Positions 20,588-31,818 of a DNA stretch of 64,000 nt are shown one piece after another. Source of the DNA: Lachnospiraceae bacterium (lineage in GTDB: Bacteria; Bacillota; Clostridia; Lachnospirales; Lachnospiraceae); NCBI GenBank assembly GCA_015057375.1, contig SVEM01000003.1, forward strand, positions 10,778 through 74,777, read 5' to 3'. The position numbers and the translations under genes are program-made. Under the pieces are notes generated by a model. That model was not told where the DNA came from. It saw only the letters and a list, made by a program, of their open reading frames with translations, and searched no databases. The stretch's first letter is position 1, and each line of letters starts with the position of its first letter.

Positions 20588-21408
20588 TAAATACAATTGA
20601 AACTATATTTGCATATCCGTTTCTTACGAGGGCACTTGTTGCAGGTGTTCTTATTTCCTTGTGCGCAGCTTTGCTTGGAGTAAGCCTTGTGTTAAAGAGA
20701 TACTCTATGATTGGTGACGGTTTGTCGCATGTAGGTTTCGGAGCACTTGCAGTTGCTTCAGTGCTTAATCTTGCGCCGCTTGGAGTTGCAATACCTGTGT
20801 GTATCATATGTGCGATATTCCTTCTCAGAATAAAAAACAGTAGTTTTATAAACGGAGATAATGCCATAGCAATAGTATCAAGTGGTGCTCTTGCTATAGG
20901 TATACTTGTTATATCCATGTCATCAGGTATGAACACGGATGTATATAATTACATGTTCGGAAGTATTCTTGCGTTAAGCCGCGAGGATGCGATGCTTTGC
21001 GTTATAATGTCGATAGTAATTATTTCATTATATATATTGTTTTATAACCGTATATTTTCAGTTACATTTGATGATGTATTTGCAAGTGCCACCGGTACCA
21101 AAACAGGTATATACAGCATAGTGCTTGCAGTACTTACCGCAGTAACGGTAGTTATAGGAATGAGAATGATGGGAGCACTTCTTATATCCAGTCTCATCAT
21201 TTTCCCTGCAACCATATCCATGAAAATATCCGGAACATATAAAAAAGTTATCTGTATATCAGCAGTACTTTCAGTTCTGTGCTTTGTCATAGGAATGATA
21301 GTGTCATTTAATGCCGATGCACCTGTCGGAGCAAGCATCGTCGTTATCAACATCATTGTATTTATAATTACATCTGTAGTTACAGCCGTAACAAGAAGAA
21401 TCAGGTAG
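20581..21408 (+). CDS. Metal ABC transporter permease (ZnuB-like)
   Basis: SMIGDGLSH, YMFGSIL, GALLISSL. Confidence 0.92.
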   Translation: MLINTIETIFAYPFLTRALVAGVLISLCAALLGVSLVLKRYSMIGDGLSHVGFGALAVASVLNLAPLGVAIPVCIICAIFLLRIKNSSFINGDNAIAIVSSGALAIGILVISMSSGMNTDVYNYMFGSILALSREDAMLCVIMSIVIISLYILFYNRIFSVTFDDVFASATGTKTGIYSIVLAVLTAVTVVIGMRMMGALLISSLIIFPATISMKISGTYKKVICISAVLSVLCFVIGMIVSFNADAPVGASIVVINIIVFIITSVVTAVTRRIR

Positions 21409-21485
21409 TTTAAATTTAGTATTAACTTTTCTTGTCTTATGTGTTATAGTCTTTATATAACAAATAAATGCTATGGAGTTATATT

Positions 21486-22259
21486 ATGGAAGCATATTCT
21501 GTTTTTTCTGAAATATATGATGAGTTTATGGATAATATTCCTTATGAAAAATGGGGAAATTACATAACAGATATACTTAAGTCACGCGGTATATCCGAAG
21601 GTCTTGTGTGTGATCTCGGGTGTGGAACGGGTATTATGACAAGGTATATGGCAGATAAAGGCTATGATATGATCGGTGTGGATATATCAGAGGAGATGCT
21701 TTTGTGTGCAAGGGAACAGGAGGAGAGCGCAGGAAGAATCCTTTATCTGAATCAGGACATGTGTGAGCTTGAGTTGTACGGAACAGTCGGCGCGGTTATT
21801 TCCGTGTGTGACAGCATGAATTATATCCTGGATGCAGATGATTTTTGTACTGTGCTTAGAAAGGTGAATAACTATCTTGAAAAGGATGGTTTATTTATAT
21901 TTGACATGAAAACACCTTATTTCTATGCTAATGTTCTTGCGGACTCCGTTCAGGTTGATAACAGGGAAGATGCGACCCTTATCTGGGAAAATGATTATGA
22001 TGCAGAGACCGGAATCAATGCGTATGAGCTTACGATGTTTCTTGCAGATTGTGATACGCCTGATATGTATGAGAAGTATACGGAGTATCATGAGCAGAGG
22101 GCATATGGCATAGATGAGATAAAGGCACTTGTTAAAGCTTCGGGAATGGAGCTTGTTGGTGTATACGATGAGTGTACATACGACGAACCGGATGAGAATT
22201 CGGAACGTGTATTTTTTGTTGTAAAAGAAACATATCAGGAAGGAAAGTATTACGAATGA
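21486..22259 (+). CDS. Class I SAM-dependent methyltransferase
   Basis: DLGCGTG, GVDISEEML, DSMNY. Confidence 0.9.
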   Translation: MEAYSVFSEIYDEFMDNIPYEKWGNYITDILKSRGISEGLVCDLGCGTGIMTRYMADKGYDMIGVDISEEMLLCAREQEESAGRILYLNQDMCELELYGTVGAVISVCDSMNYILDADDFCTVLRKVNNYLEKDGLFIFDMKTPYFYANVLADSVQVDNREDATLIWENDYDAETGINAYELTMFLADCDTPDMYEKYTEYHEQRAYGIDEIKALVKASGMELVGVYDECTYDEPDENSERVFFVVKETYQEGKYYE

Positions 22260-23131
22260 AAGATTATATAGTAAGAGCAACAGCGGCAGATAACCGCATT
22301 CGTGTATTTGCTGCAACTACAAGACATTTATGTGAACAGGCAAGACAGTATCATAACACAAGCCCTGTGGCGACTGCGGCACTCGGACGATTGCTTACGG
22401 CAGGAAGCATGATGGGCATCATGATGAAAGGTGCAGAGGACAAGCTTACTCTTCAGATAAGAGGTGCCGGAGCTATCGGAGGAATAACTGTAACTTCTGA
22501 CAGCAGAGGTTATGTGAAGGGCTATGTAAATGAGCCTATGGTTCTTCTTCCTGCAAATGATAAAGGAAAGCTCGATGTAAGCGGTGCGATAGGACCGGGT
22601 ACGTTAAGTATTATTAGGGATATAGGACTTAAAGAGCCTTATACGGGACAGATTGAGCTTATATCCGGAGAGATAGCAGAGGATTTGACATATTATTATG
22701 CAGTGTCTGAGCAGACACCTTCATCAGTTGCGCTTGGTGTGCTTATGGACATGGATAATACTGTAAAGGCTGCGGGAGGATTTATTATTCAGCTTCTTCC
22801 GGACACGCCTGATGAAGTGATAACCAAACTTGAGAATAAGCTTTCGGATATAAAACCTGTAACGACCATGCTTAATGAGGGTATGCTTCCGGAAGATATA
22901 ATAGAGTACATTTTCTCAGATATGGGATTAAATATATTTGATAAAAATGAATGTAAGTATTATTGCAACTGTACGAAAGAAAGAGTAGAGAAAGCACTTA
23001 TAAGTATAGGAAGAGAGGAGCTTTCTTCGATAATAGAAGACGGACAGCCTATAGAGATGCACTGTCAGTTCTGTAATTCAACCTATACATTTGATTTGGA
23101 TGAACTCAAAAGGATATACGATGAAGCCTAG
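22256..23131 (+). CDS. hslO: Hsp33 redox-regulated chaperone
   Basis: ALGRLLT, SEQTPS, AAGGFIIQ, CNC...CQFC Zn motif. Confidence 0.95.
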   Translation: MKDYIVRATAADNRIRVFAATTRHLCEQARQYHNTSPVATAALGRLLTAGSMMGIMMKGAEDKLTLQIRGAGAIGGITVTSDSRGYVKGYVNEPMVLLPANDKGKLDVSGAIGPGTLSIIRDIGLKEPYTGQIELISGEIAEDLTYYYAVSEQTPSSVALGVLMDMDNTVKAAGGFIIQLLPDTPDEVITKLENKLSDIKPVTTMLNEGMLPEDIIEYIFSDMGLNIFDKNECKYYCNCTKERVEKALISIGREELSSIIEDGQPIEMHCQFCNSTYTFDLDELKRIYDEA

Positions 23132-23144
23132 AACGGAGGGCAAT

Positions 23145-25274
23145 ATGAGAAAATATACATTTATATGTATAATTGGATTTTTGTTGTGTATGTGTAGTAT
23201 ATTTGCAAAAAATGATACTGCATCTGCAGCGGTTAACATTGGAATTGTTACGACAGATGAGCTAAATATAAGGACAGGCCCGGCAACTGCATTTCCTAAT
23301 GTGATGCATGAAAAGAACGGAATAAAGCTTAACAAAGGTGCCATTGTGGACATACTGGACAAGTATCAGGGAGACTGGTACAAGGTAAGCTTTACATACT
23401 TCGGAAAAGAGTATACCGGCTATGCTGCATCCATGTACATCTCAAAGGAAAAAAACGGAGCATACCTTGTTAATTATGTCGGAAACGAAGCCGTTATGCT
23501 TTCCAAACAGAAAGTACTTGCAGGCTTCAAGAAGAAGTCCGGATATCTCATATCGGGAGAGAAGACTGTAAAGGTAAAAAAGGGAAAAGGCGTAACGATC
23601 GACAGTGTAAAAGTCGTGTCCGGTAAATACATTTATGGGATTAGATTTGTATATAAAGGACAGACGTTAAGAGGATATTTGGATTCTTTGAATGTCTCGT
23701 TAAAAGCAGGAAGTACTGCAGCAAAAGTTTATAAAAAGACTGCGCTCAGTAAGAAACCCGGAAATAAAAAGTATGTAAAGATTAAAAAGAAGACTGTAAA
23801 ACTAAAGAAAAACAGTGACATCACAATAAAAAGGGAAAAGACTGTAAAAGGAGTAAAGTGGTATAACATAAAGGCAATATCAGGGGAGAAAAATGTAAAA
23901 GGATGGATAAGTGCAGATAAAGCTGTATTTATTTCAAATCCTCAGAAATATGAGAACGAACAGCCTAAGCCTGACGATAATGATAAGGTTGTCCTTTCCG
24001 ATGAGGAATTTGAAACTGAGATGAATAATCAAGGATTCCCTGAGAGCTATAAGCCGTATCTCAGAACACTACATAAGAAGTATCCATATTGGCAGTTTAA
24101 GACATATAATACCGGACTTGACTGGAATATTGCTGTTACGGAAGAGTCAAAGACGGGAATAAGCCTTATTCCGAATAGTTATAAGCATGCATGGAAGTCG
24201 CATGAGGCAGGTGCATATGACTGGGAAAAGGATGCTTATGTTGTATTTGACGGGAAAACGTGGGTGGCAGCCTCAAAGGAAGCGGTTGCTTATTATATGG
24301 ATCCGCGGAATTTCCTTACTGAAAAATACATATTTATGTTTGAAGCACTTAATTATGAACCGGGTTATCAGAATGCTGCCGGAGTGGATTTGATTCTCGC
24401 AAATACAATGTTTAATAATGCAGAATATACATATACTGACGAAGCAGGCAATCAGATAACTACTACATACAGAGATACATTTATTAAGGCGGCGGAGCTT
24501 ACCGGAGCAAGTCCGTATCATCTTGCATCACGTGTAAAGCAGGAGGTCGTTACGGGACCGCAGTCGGTAAGTAATTCTGTTACGGGAACAGTAAAAGATT
24601 TTGAAGGAATATATAATTTCTATAATATCGGAGCTTCTGACGGAGCTGACGGAAATGCCATTATCAGAGGTCTTAGTTTTGCAAAGTCGGGAACGACTTA
24701 TATGAGACCGTGGAACAATCAGTACCGTTCAATACTCGGGGGAGCGCAGTATATCGCAGGAAACTATATATCAAAAGGACAAAATACCGTATACCTTGAG
24801 AAGTTTAATGTAACACCGAATAATACATACAAGCATCAGTACATGAGTAATGTTGCGGCTGCATATTCGGAAGCGGCTAAGATGTATGAAGCATGTAAAT
24901 CATGGATGCATACAGAATCAATTGTATTTATTATTCCAACATTTAAGAATATGCCTGAAACGACAAGCATTGCACCTTCACACAACCTCAATCCGAATAA
25001 CTATCTTAAGACGATAACGCTTACAGGTGCAACTACAGGAATGCCTTATACAGTAAAGCCGTTATTTGCGGTAAATGCTGACAGTACATATACGATAACC
25101 GTAGACCCTTCGGAAACAGGAGTTATGTTAGAAGCAACTCCGGTAAATGCAAGCGCAACGGTAGAAGGAACAGGACTTATTAATCTTACCGAAACTGAGA
25201 CGAGTGCCGTAATAACCGTAACCGCACAAAATGGTAAGACAAAGCAATATACTATAAAAATAAACAAGGGTTAA
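23145..25274 (+). CDS. Secreted SH3b-domain cell-wall hydrolase (glucosaminidase-like core) with C-terminal cadherin-like beta-sandwich
   Basis: Signal peptide; LNIRTGP SH3b; YYMDPRNFL, YNFYNIGA, GQNTVY.EKFNV, HQYM; VTAQNG..KQYTI. Confidence 0.75.
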   Translation: MRKYTFICIIGFLLCMCSIFAKNDTASAAVNIGIVTTDELNIRTGPATAFPNVMHEKNGIKLNKGAIVDILDKYQGDWYKVSFTYFGKEYTGYAASMYISKEKNGAYLVNYVGNEAVMLSKQKVLAGFKKKSGYLISGEKTVKVKKGKGVTIDSVKVVSGKYIYGIRFVYKGQTLRGYLDSLNVSLKAGSTAAKVYKKTALSKKPGNKKYVKIKKKTVKLKKNSDITIKREKTVKGVKWYNIKAISGEKNVKGWISADKAVFISNPQKYENEQPKPDDNDKVVLSDEEFETEMNNQGFPESYKPYLRTLHKKYPYWQFKTYNTGLDWNIAVTEESKTGISLIPNSYKHAWKSHEAGAYDWEKDAYVVFDGKTWVAASKEAVAYYMDPRNFLTEKYIFMFEALNYEPGYQNAAGVDLILANTMFNNAEYTYTDEAGNQITTTYRDTFIKAAELTGASPYHLASRVKQEVVTGPQSVSNSVTGTVKDFEGIYNFYNIGASDGADGNAIIRGLSFAKSGTTYMRPWNNQYRSILGGAQYIAGNYISKGQNTVYLEKFNVTPNNTYKHQYMSNVAAAYSEAAKMYEACKSWMHTESIVFIIPTFKNMPETTSIAPSHNLNPNNYLKTITLTGATTGMPYTVKPLFAVNADSTYTITVDPSETGVMLEATPVNASATVEGTGLINLTETETSAVITVTAQNGKTKQYTIKINKG

Positions 25275-25287
25275 GAGAGGTATTCTT

Positions 25288-26553
25288 ATGAGGATTGCAA
25301 AAAGGTGTATCGGATTATTTGCGTTTATTTCACTGCTATGCTGTGGAATGCTTGTTACAACACCTGTTTCCGCGGCTAAAAACGCAATGATACAGTTTAA
25401 TGCTGAAAAAGCAGAAGTGAAAGCCGGAAAACCATTTACAGTTACTATGAAGGTAACTGCTTCGGATTTTATAACAAATGTAGAGACATATATAGCTTAT
25501 GATGCGGATATTATGACATTTGTGGACGGCGGAGAATATGTAAGCGGAAGTTCAGGACTCTTGCGAGTGTCTGCAAAATTCAGCGGTAATGAAGCATCTG
25601 TCTCTATTCCGCTTGTGTTTAGCGGTATAGCTCCGGGTGTCGGAACAGTAAGTATATCAGACAAGGCACAGGTAAAAGGTGCTGGTGGAAAAATGGATGT
25701 AACAAGCAGCAGAGTATCTGTTGTTGTTAATGGAACTGCCGAGGTTGCGGTGCCGGGTACTAAAAGTGATGACAATTCGCTTGTATCCTTGGGTGTAAGT
25801 GCAGGAGAACTGGATCCGCCATTTGAAAGTGATGTTAAGAAATATTCTGTTGCGGTAGACAGCGATGTTGAGACTTTATATTTTACGTATTCTGCAGCAA
25901 GCAAAAAAGCAATTGTTTCATTTGAAGGAAATGAATCGCTGATATATGGCAAAAATACTGTAAAGGTCAAAGTTACAGCCGAAAGCGGAAAAGTACGTGA
26001 ATACATTATTAAGGTCAAAAGAAAATCTAAAGATGAAAGCGATACAAAACAGGAAGATTTTGACGGAAAAAGCGGTGTAGGATTTTCAGTATATAAAAAG
26101 AATAATTCTGTATATATAGAGAATGATTACAAATTCTGTGTTGTAGATGTAGATGAGAGTACGGAAATCCCTGTAGGATTTAAGAAAACTTCAGTCCTTT
26201 TATATGGCGTAAATGTTACGGCGTATACAATGGCAAATGATCTTGAGAATGACATTCTTATAATGTACTGCATGAATGAAAACGGCGATAAGGACTTCTA
26301 TCAGTTTGACAGGCAGGAAAAGAGTATTCAGAGATATACGGGTGATCTTATTAACAGGGTAAATTCAGGAAATTTAGGATCCGGTGACGGGGACATAAAT
26401 GCACAGATATACAGTAAAAACCTCAGACAGATGGCAATAATTGTAGCAGTACTTGCCGCGTTATGTGTATTTTTGGTTATAGCACTGATAAATGTTACTT
26501 TGAGAAAGATAAAAAAAGGTTCTGATGGTATGTACGATGATATTGATTTTTAA
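25288..26553 (+). CDS. Membrane-anchored cohesin-like/cadherin-like beta-sandwich protein
   Basis: Signal peptide; SDDNSL.SLGVS.G.LDP.F, VTAESG..REY; C-terminal TM. Confidence 0.7.
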   Translation: MRIAKRCIGLFAFISLLCCGMLVTTPVSAAKNAMIQFNAEKAEVKAGKPFTVTMKVTASDFITNVETYIAYDADIMTFVDGGEYVSGSSGLLRVSAKFSGNEASVSIPLVFSGIAPGVGTVSISDKAQVKGAGGKMDVTSSRVSVVVNGTAEVAVPGTKSDDNSLVSLGVSAGELDPPFESDVKKYSVAVDSDVETLYFTYSAASKKAIVSFEGNESLIYGKNTVKVKVTAESGKVREYIIKVKRKSKDESDTKQEDFDGKSGVGFSVYKKNNSVYIENDYKFCVVDVDESTEIPVGFKKTSVLLYGVNVTAYTMANDLENDILIMYCMNENGDKDFYQFDRQEKSIQRYTGDLINRVNSGNLGSGDGDINAQIYSKNLRQMAIIVAVLAALCVFLVIALINVTLRKIKKGSDGMYDDIDF

Positions 26554-26565
26554 CGGAGGATTGTT

Positions 26566-26937
26566 ATGTACATTTCTATTGATTTTAATAGTGATGAGGC
26601 TATATATCTGCAGCTTTGCAACCAGATAATTATGCAGATTGCAACAAGAGAAATACATGAGGGCGAAAACCTTCCTTCGGTAAGGGAGCTTGCAGACCGT
26701 ATAGGCATAAATATGCATACGGTAAATAAGGCATACTCTATATTAAGGCAGGAGGGATATCTTACCCTTGACAGAAGAAAAGGCGCAGTAATATGCCTTA
26801 ATCCGGATAAGATGAAGGCGATGAATGAACTTAAGAGAACTCTTCGTGTGCTTATGGCTCAGGCAGTTTGTAAAGATATAAGCAGGGAAGAAGTTCATGA
26901 GATTATAGATGATATCTACGAGGAGTGGACAAAGTAA
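26566..26937 (+). CDS. GntR family transcriptional regulator (YtrA-like)
   Basis: IYLQL, LPSVRELA, NMHTVNKAY. Confidence 0.92.
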   Translation: MYISIDFNSDEAIYLQLCNQIIMQIATREIHEGENLPSVRELADRIGINMHTVNKAYSILRQEGYLTLDRRKGAVICLNPDKMKAMNELKRTLRVLMAQAVCKDISREEVHEIIDDIYEEWTK

Positions 26938-29387
26938 TGATACCGGAATATACAGATAGTGCCATGATGGCGCTTAATATAGCAAAAGATACGGCAAAAA
27001 GGTTTAACGGAGGATATATCGGAACAGAGCATGTCCTTATGGGACTTATCATGTGTGGCGGCACAACCCACGAGATTTTTGTGAATAACGGTGTAGATAA
27101 AGAAAAAATATACGAGCTTACTCAAATGTTTGCAAATACCGGTATAACTCAGACAAAGAAGGAAGAGTATTCTCCGAGAGCAAAGGCTGTTCTTGATGCG
27201 GCAGCATCAGAGGCTGTAAGACTCGGACAGAAGCAGATAGGAACAGAGCATATTCTGCTTGTCATTTTAAAAGATGCAGATAGTACGGCATGTAAAATTA
27301 TCAAGAATATCGGATTAAGTATACAGAAATTGTATGTTGATTGTATTAAGTCGCTTGGTAAAGATGCAGCATTTGCACGTAATGACTATATTTCCGAAAA
27401 AAATAGGTTGAAGGATAACAAAAAATCTGCCACATCTTTTTTGGACAGATACGGAAGAAATCTCAACGAATATGCAAAAGAGGGCAAGATTGATCCTGTT
27501 ATCGGACGTGACAGGGAGCTTTTGAGCGTTATACAGATATTAAGCAGAAGAAGCAAAAACAATCCGTGTTTGATTGGCGAGGCCGGTGTTGGAAAGACAG
27601 CGGTTGCAGAGGCACTGGCACAGAAAATAGTAGAGGGAAGCGTGCCGGAACATTTGAAAAAATATAAGCTATATACTCTTGATTTATCAGGTATGGTAGC
27701 CGGCTCAAAGTATCGCGGGGAGTTTGAGGAGAGAATTAAAAAGGTAATAAATGAGGCTGTTTCCTGTGGAGATATTTTGTTATTTATAGATGAGATACAC
27801 TCAATAATCGGAGCAGGAAGTGCAGAAGGTACAATGGATGCTTCCAATATTCTTAAACCGTATCTTGCAAGAGGTGAGATACAGGTAATAGGAGCAACCA
27901 CAACTGCCGAATACCGTAAGCATATCGAAAAAGATGCAGCACTTGAAAGACGTTTTCAGTCAATTATGATTGAGGAGCCGAATGAAGCCGAGTGCGTAAA
28001 TATATTAAAAGGTCTGAGATCCCGTTATGAGGATCATCACAAAATAAGTATAAGTGATGAGGCAATTGATGCAGCAGTAAAGCTTACAATGAGATATGTT
28101 AATGACAGATTTCTTCCTGATAAGGCGATTGATGCAATGGATGAGGCTGCATCAAAGCTAAAGATAAATCTGATTGGAGACTTGTCAAAAATAACAGAAT
28201 ATGAGATGAAAATCTCAGAGCTTCAGCGTAAGATGGAGAAAGCTCTTTCGGAGCAGAAATATGATGCGGCTTCTCGTATAAGAAAAGATATCGATAAAGT
28301 AAGAAATGATATTGATTCTTATAAGAAGAAGCAGGAAAAGAAGGCAAGTAATGCAGAAAAAAATGTACTTTCGTATGAAGAAGTTGCAACAGTTGTGTCA
28401 GACTGGACAGGAATTCCTGTAAGCAGCCTGGGAGAAGATGAAATAAAGAGACTCAGAAAGCTTGAATCTATACTTCATAAGAGAGTTATAGGTCAGAATG
28501 AAGCTGTAAATGCCGTGTCAGCTGCGGTAAGAAGAGGAAGAACAGGACTTAAGAATCCGAACAGACCTGTTGGTTCATTTTTATTCTTAGGACCTACGGG
28601 AGTAGGAAAAACAGAGTTGTCTAAGGCGCTTGCCGAAGCTGTATTTGGCAGTGAAAATGATATAATAAGAGTTGATATGTCTGAGTACATGGAGAAACAC
28701 AGTGTATCTAAAATGGTGGGCTCACCTCCGGGATATGTCGGTTATGAGGAAGGCGGTCAGCTCAGTGAGAAGATAAGGAGAAAGCCGTATTCGGTTCTTT
28801 TATTTGATGAGATAGAGAAAGCTCACCCTGATGTGTTCAACATACTTCTTCAGATACTTGAGGATGGTCATATTACGGATTCACAGGGAAGAAAAGTAAG
28901 TTTTAAGGATACAATCATTATAATGACTTCAAATGCGGGCGCAAACCGTATAGCATCACCTAAGCTGCTTGGCTTTGCGACAGAAGCGGATGAAGAAGCT
29001 GATTATAAGAAGATGAAACAGGGAGTTCTTGAAGAAGTAAAGAAAATCTTCAAGCCTGAATTTATAAACAGAATTGATGAAATGATAGTATTCCATTCAC
29101 TTACTGCCGACAATATAAAAGATATAGCGAAACTTATGATTAATGAATTATGTGTGCGTGCAAAGAAGCAGCTGGATATAGATATAAAAGTCCGCAAAAA
29201 TGTATATACGCACATAGCAGAAAGCGGCTTTGACAAAGACTACGGTGCAAGACCGTTAAGACGTGCGATTCAGAACGAGATTGAGGATGTACTTTCAACA
29301 AAACTTTTGGACGGAAGTGTGAAAAAACATTCTTCAATTCGTATATCATACAGTGGCGGTAAGATGCATTTTGATGAATGTGAATAA
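26937..29387 (+). CDS. clpC: ATP-dependent Clp protease ATP-binding subunit ClpC
   Basis: Two Clp-N repeats (GTEH), GEAGVGKT, KYRGEFE, GPTGVGKT, GYVGY, GARPLRR. Confidence 0.93.
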   Translation: MIPEYTDSAMMALNIAKDTAKRFNGGYIGTEHVLMGLIMCGGTTHEIFVNNGVDKEKIYELTQMFANTGITQTKKEEYSPRAKAVLDAAASEAVRLGQKQIGTEHILLVILKDADSTACKIIKNIGLSIQKLYVDCIKSLGKDAAFARNDYISEKNRLKDNKKSATSFLDRYGRNLNEYAKEGKIDPVIGRDRELLSVIQILSRRSKNNPCLIGEAGVGKTAVAEALAQKIVEGSVPEHLKKYKLYTLDLSGMVAGSKYRGEFEERIKKVINEAVSCGDILLFIDEIHSIIGAGSAEGTMDASNILKPYLARGEIQVIGATTTAEYRKHIEKDAALERRFQSIMIEEPNEAECVNILKGLRSRYEDHHKISISDEAIDAAVKLTMRYVNDRFLPDKAIDAMDEAASKLKINLIGDLSKITEYEMKISELQRKMEKALSEQKYDAASRIRKDIDKVRNDIDSYKKKQEKKASNAEKNVLSYEEVATVVSDWTGIPVSSLGEDEIKRLRKLESILHKRVIGQNEAVNAVSAAVRRGRTGLKNPNRPVGSFLFLGPTGVGKTELSKALAEAVFGSENDIIRVDMSEYMEKHSVSKMVGSPPGYVGYEEGGQLSEKIRRKPYSVLLFDEIEKAHPDVFNILLQILEDGHITDSQGRKVSFKDTIIIMTSNAGANRIASPKLLGFATEADEEADYKKMKQGVLEEVKKIFKPEFINRIDEMIVFHSLTADNIKDIAKLMINELCVRAKKQLDIDIKVRKNVYTHIAESGFDKDYGARPLRRAIQNEIEDVLSTKLLDGSVKKHSSIRISYSGGKMHFDECE

Positions 29388-29475
29388 TGTGTGTAATTTT
29401 ATGTTTTTTGGTAGTATTTTTGTACCATATATATTATAATTATTTTACGAAGTACGATAAGAGGAGGATTAAGGA

Positions 29476-29892
29476 ATGGCAGTCATTGAGGAATTAATAA
29501 GAAAAGAAGCAGACGGCTCATTGAGCTTTGGTAATTATCTGCTTGATGCTAAAACTAAAGTGTCTGATTTTGAATGTCAGGGGGACATTTACAAAGTTAA
29601 GACTTTTAAAGAGATAACAAAACTTGAGAAGAATGGTTTATTCGTATATGAATCTGTTATGGGAACTGCGGTAAATGGTTTTTCGGTTACTGAGGACACT
29701 GTTTCATTAACAGTGGAAGGTACGGAAGATGCACAGATAACACTCGGTCTTGAGCCTGAGACATTGTATGCAGTTACAATTGACGATGACGATGTCGGAA
29801 TGATTAAGACGAATCTGGGAGGTAAGCTTGTATTCAGCATTTCTCTTGAACCGGGACAGATGAGAAAAGTTATCGTTGTTAAATCAGAATAG
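29476..29892 (+). CDS. Conserved hypothetical protein
   Basis: Strong GAGGAGG RBS; intact ORF between clpC and radA. Confidence 0.75.
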   Translation: MAVIEELIRKEADGSLSFGNYLLDAKTKVSDFECQGDIYKVKTFKEITKLEKNGLFVYESVMGTAVNGFSVTEDTVSLTVEGTEDAQITLGLEPETLYAVTIDDDDVGMIKTNLGGKLVFSISLEPGQMRKVIVVKSE

Positions 29893-29974
29893 ATTTTTAA
29901 GTGAGTTATAATTTTTACCGGCTGTCACATGTATTGGCAGCCGGATTGTGTTATTTAAGGTATCGGGGGTTTGT

Positions 29975-31351
29975 ATGGCAAAAGAAAAGCTTGTATTTTT
30001 CTGTAAAGAATGTGGACATGAGACAGCCAAGTGGACGGGACAGTGCCCGGGGTGTCATGCCTGGAATACTATGGTTGAGGGACTTAAGCCATCTAAGCAG
30101 GCAAGTCGTTATGTGACAGGAGATAATCTAAAACAGAACAGTCCGGAAAAGATAACGGAAGTTACAATAGAAGCAGAGGACAGATATACTACCGGAATAA
30201 GTGAGCTTGACAGAGTTCTTGGCGGTGGAATAGTAAAGGGATCACTTACACTTGTCGGCGGAGATCCCGGAATCGGAAAATCAACCTTACTTCTTCAGAT
30301 GTGCCGTAATCTTTCGGCTATGGGAGAAAGACTTTTGTATGTATCAGGAGAAGAGTCACTTAAGCAGATTAAGATGCGTGCAGACAGAATAGGTGATTTT
30401 ACGGACAACCTGTTGCTTCTTTGTGAGACAAGTCTTGACCGTATTCTGGATTTTGTTGTAAACGGAGCAAATAAGCCTGAGGTTGTTGTTATCGACTCCA
30501 TACAGACTGTATATAAAGAAAATGTAGATGCGGCACCGGGAAGCGTTAGCCAGGTGCGAGAGTGTACATCTGCTATACTTCACGTTGCAAAGCAGTACGG
30601 AATATCAGTATTTATTGTCGGACATGTTACAAAAGAAGGTGTTGTTGCAGGTCCGAGAATGTTAGAGCATATGGTAGATACGGTTCTGTATTTTGAAGGC
30701 GACAATGTTGCATCTTACAGAATGCTTCGTGCCGTGAAGAACCGTTTTGGCTCGACAAATGAGATTGGCGTATTTGAGATGAGAAACACAGGACTTAGTG
30801 AAGTGCTTAATCCGTCTGAATACATGTTGTCAGGCAGACCTGAACATGAACCGGGAGATGCGGTAACCTGTGCGCTTGAAGGAACACGACCGATTATGGT
30901 TGAAATTCAGGTGCTTGTGTGTCAGACAACTTTTAATTACCCGAGACGTACAGCGGTAGGCATTGATTTTAACAGAATCACACTTCTTATGGCCGTTATA
31001 GAAAAACGTATGGGTATACATATGGGCGATTATGATGCTTATGTAAATATTGCAGGGGGCATGAAAGTAAATGAACCTGCACTTGATCTTGCGCTTGTTG
31101 CGGCTGTAATATCAAGCTACAGAAACCGCGCCATACCTGACGGTATGCTGATAATGGGAGAAGTCGGACTTGTAGGCGAGGTAAGAGGAGTAAGTATGGC
31201 GGTAAAAAGAGTAAATGAGGCTGTAAAGATGGGATATAAGACGTGTATTATTCCTAAATCAAATATGGAAGCCATAGAAGATATAATTAAAGAATCACAG
31301 ATAAAATGTTATGGTATAAGTAATATAAGAGAGCTTGCAGAGCTTATTTAA
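29975..31351 (+). CDS. radA: DNA repair protein RadA/Sms
   Basis: C4 zinc finger, GDPGIGKS, KNRFG, Lon-like C-terminus. Confidence 0.96.
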   Translation: MAKEKLVFFCKECGHETAKWTGQCPGCHAWNTMVEGLKPSKQASRYVTGDNLKQNSPEKITEVTIEAEDRYTTGISELDRVLGGGIVKGSLTLVGGDPGIGKSTLLLQMCRNLSAMGERLLYVSGEESLKQIKMRADRIGDFTDNLLLLCETSLDRILDFVVNGANKPEVVVIDSIQTVYKENVDAAPGSVSQVRECTSAILHVAKQYGISVFIVGHVTKEGVVAGPRMLEHMVDTVLYFEGDNVASYRMLRAVKNRFGSTNEIGVFEMRNTGLSEVLNPSEYMLSGRPEHEPGDAVTCALEGTRPIMVEIQVLVCQTTFNYPRRTAVGIDFNRITLLMAVIEKRMGIHMGDYDAYVNIAGGMKVNEPALDLALVAAVISSYRNRAIPDGMLIMGEVGLVGEVRGVSMAVKRVNEAVKMGYKTCIIPKSNMEAIEDIIKESQIKCYGISNIRELAELI

Positions 31352-31375
31352 CTGTTACGTTGGGAGGATTGTATA

Positions 31376-31816
31376 ATGATAGAGGAGATGTTTTCAAAAC
31401 CGATAAGGGTGGCAGCAGGTATCGTATTTTTGGTCGCTTCGGCAATCGTAGATATCGTAGGAGGATATGCATACGATTATAATATTACGGTTTCCATTTT
31501 GGCAGTTATCGGAGTGTTAAGTATATTAGGTGCTGTTTTTTCAGTTAAATATATTCCGTATATGGTCATGAACATAGCAGGTTATATATTAGGATTGTTA
31601 GTGATATCAAAGAAGGATTCGCTTGGAGATGTATTTGTAACATTATTCCTTGTAATTATTTTCCTTGCAATGTGGGTTGTTGGTATGCTTGTATCAAAAA
31701 AAGAAACCCCCGTCGGTAAAATCCTCGGGAGTCTCCTTGTAACAATCATATCAATTATACTTATACTGGTTGTAACATTTCTTGTAATCTTTATATCATT
31801 AGCTATGCTTTGGTAA
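31376..31816 (+). CDS. Hypothetical multi-pass membrane protein
   Basis: GGAGG RBS; about five hydrophobic segments. Confidence 0.7.
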   Translation: MIEEMFSKPIRVAAGIVFLVASAIVDIVGGYAYDYNITVSILAVIGVLSILGAVFSVKYIPYMVMNIAGYILGLLVISKKDSLGDVFVTLFLVIIFLAMWVVGMLVSKKETPVGKILGSLLVTIISIILILVVTFLVIFISLAMLW

Positions 31817-31818
31817 TG

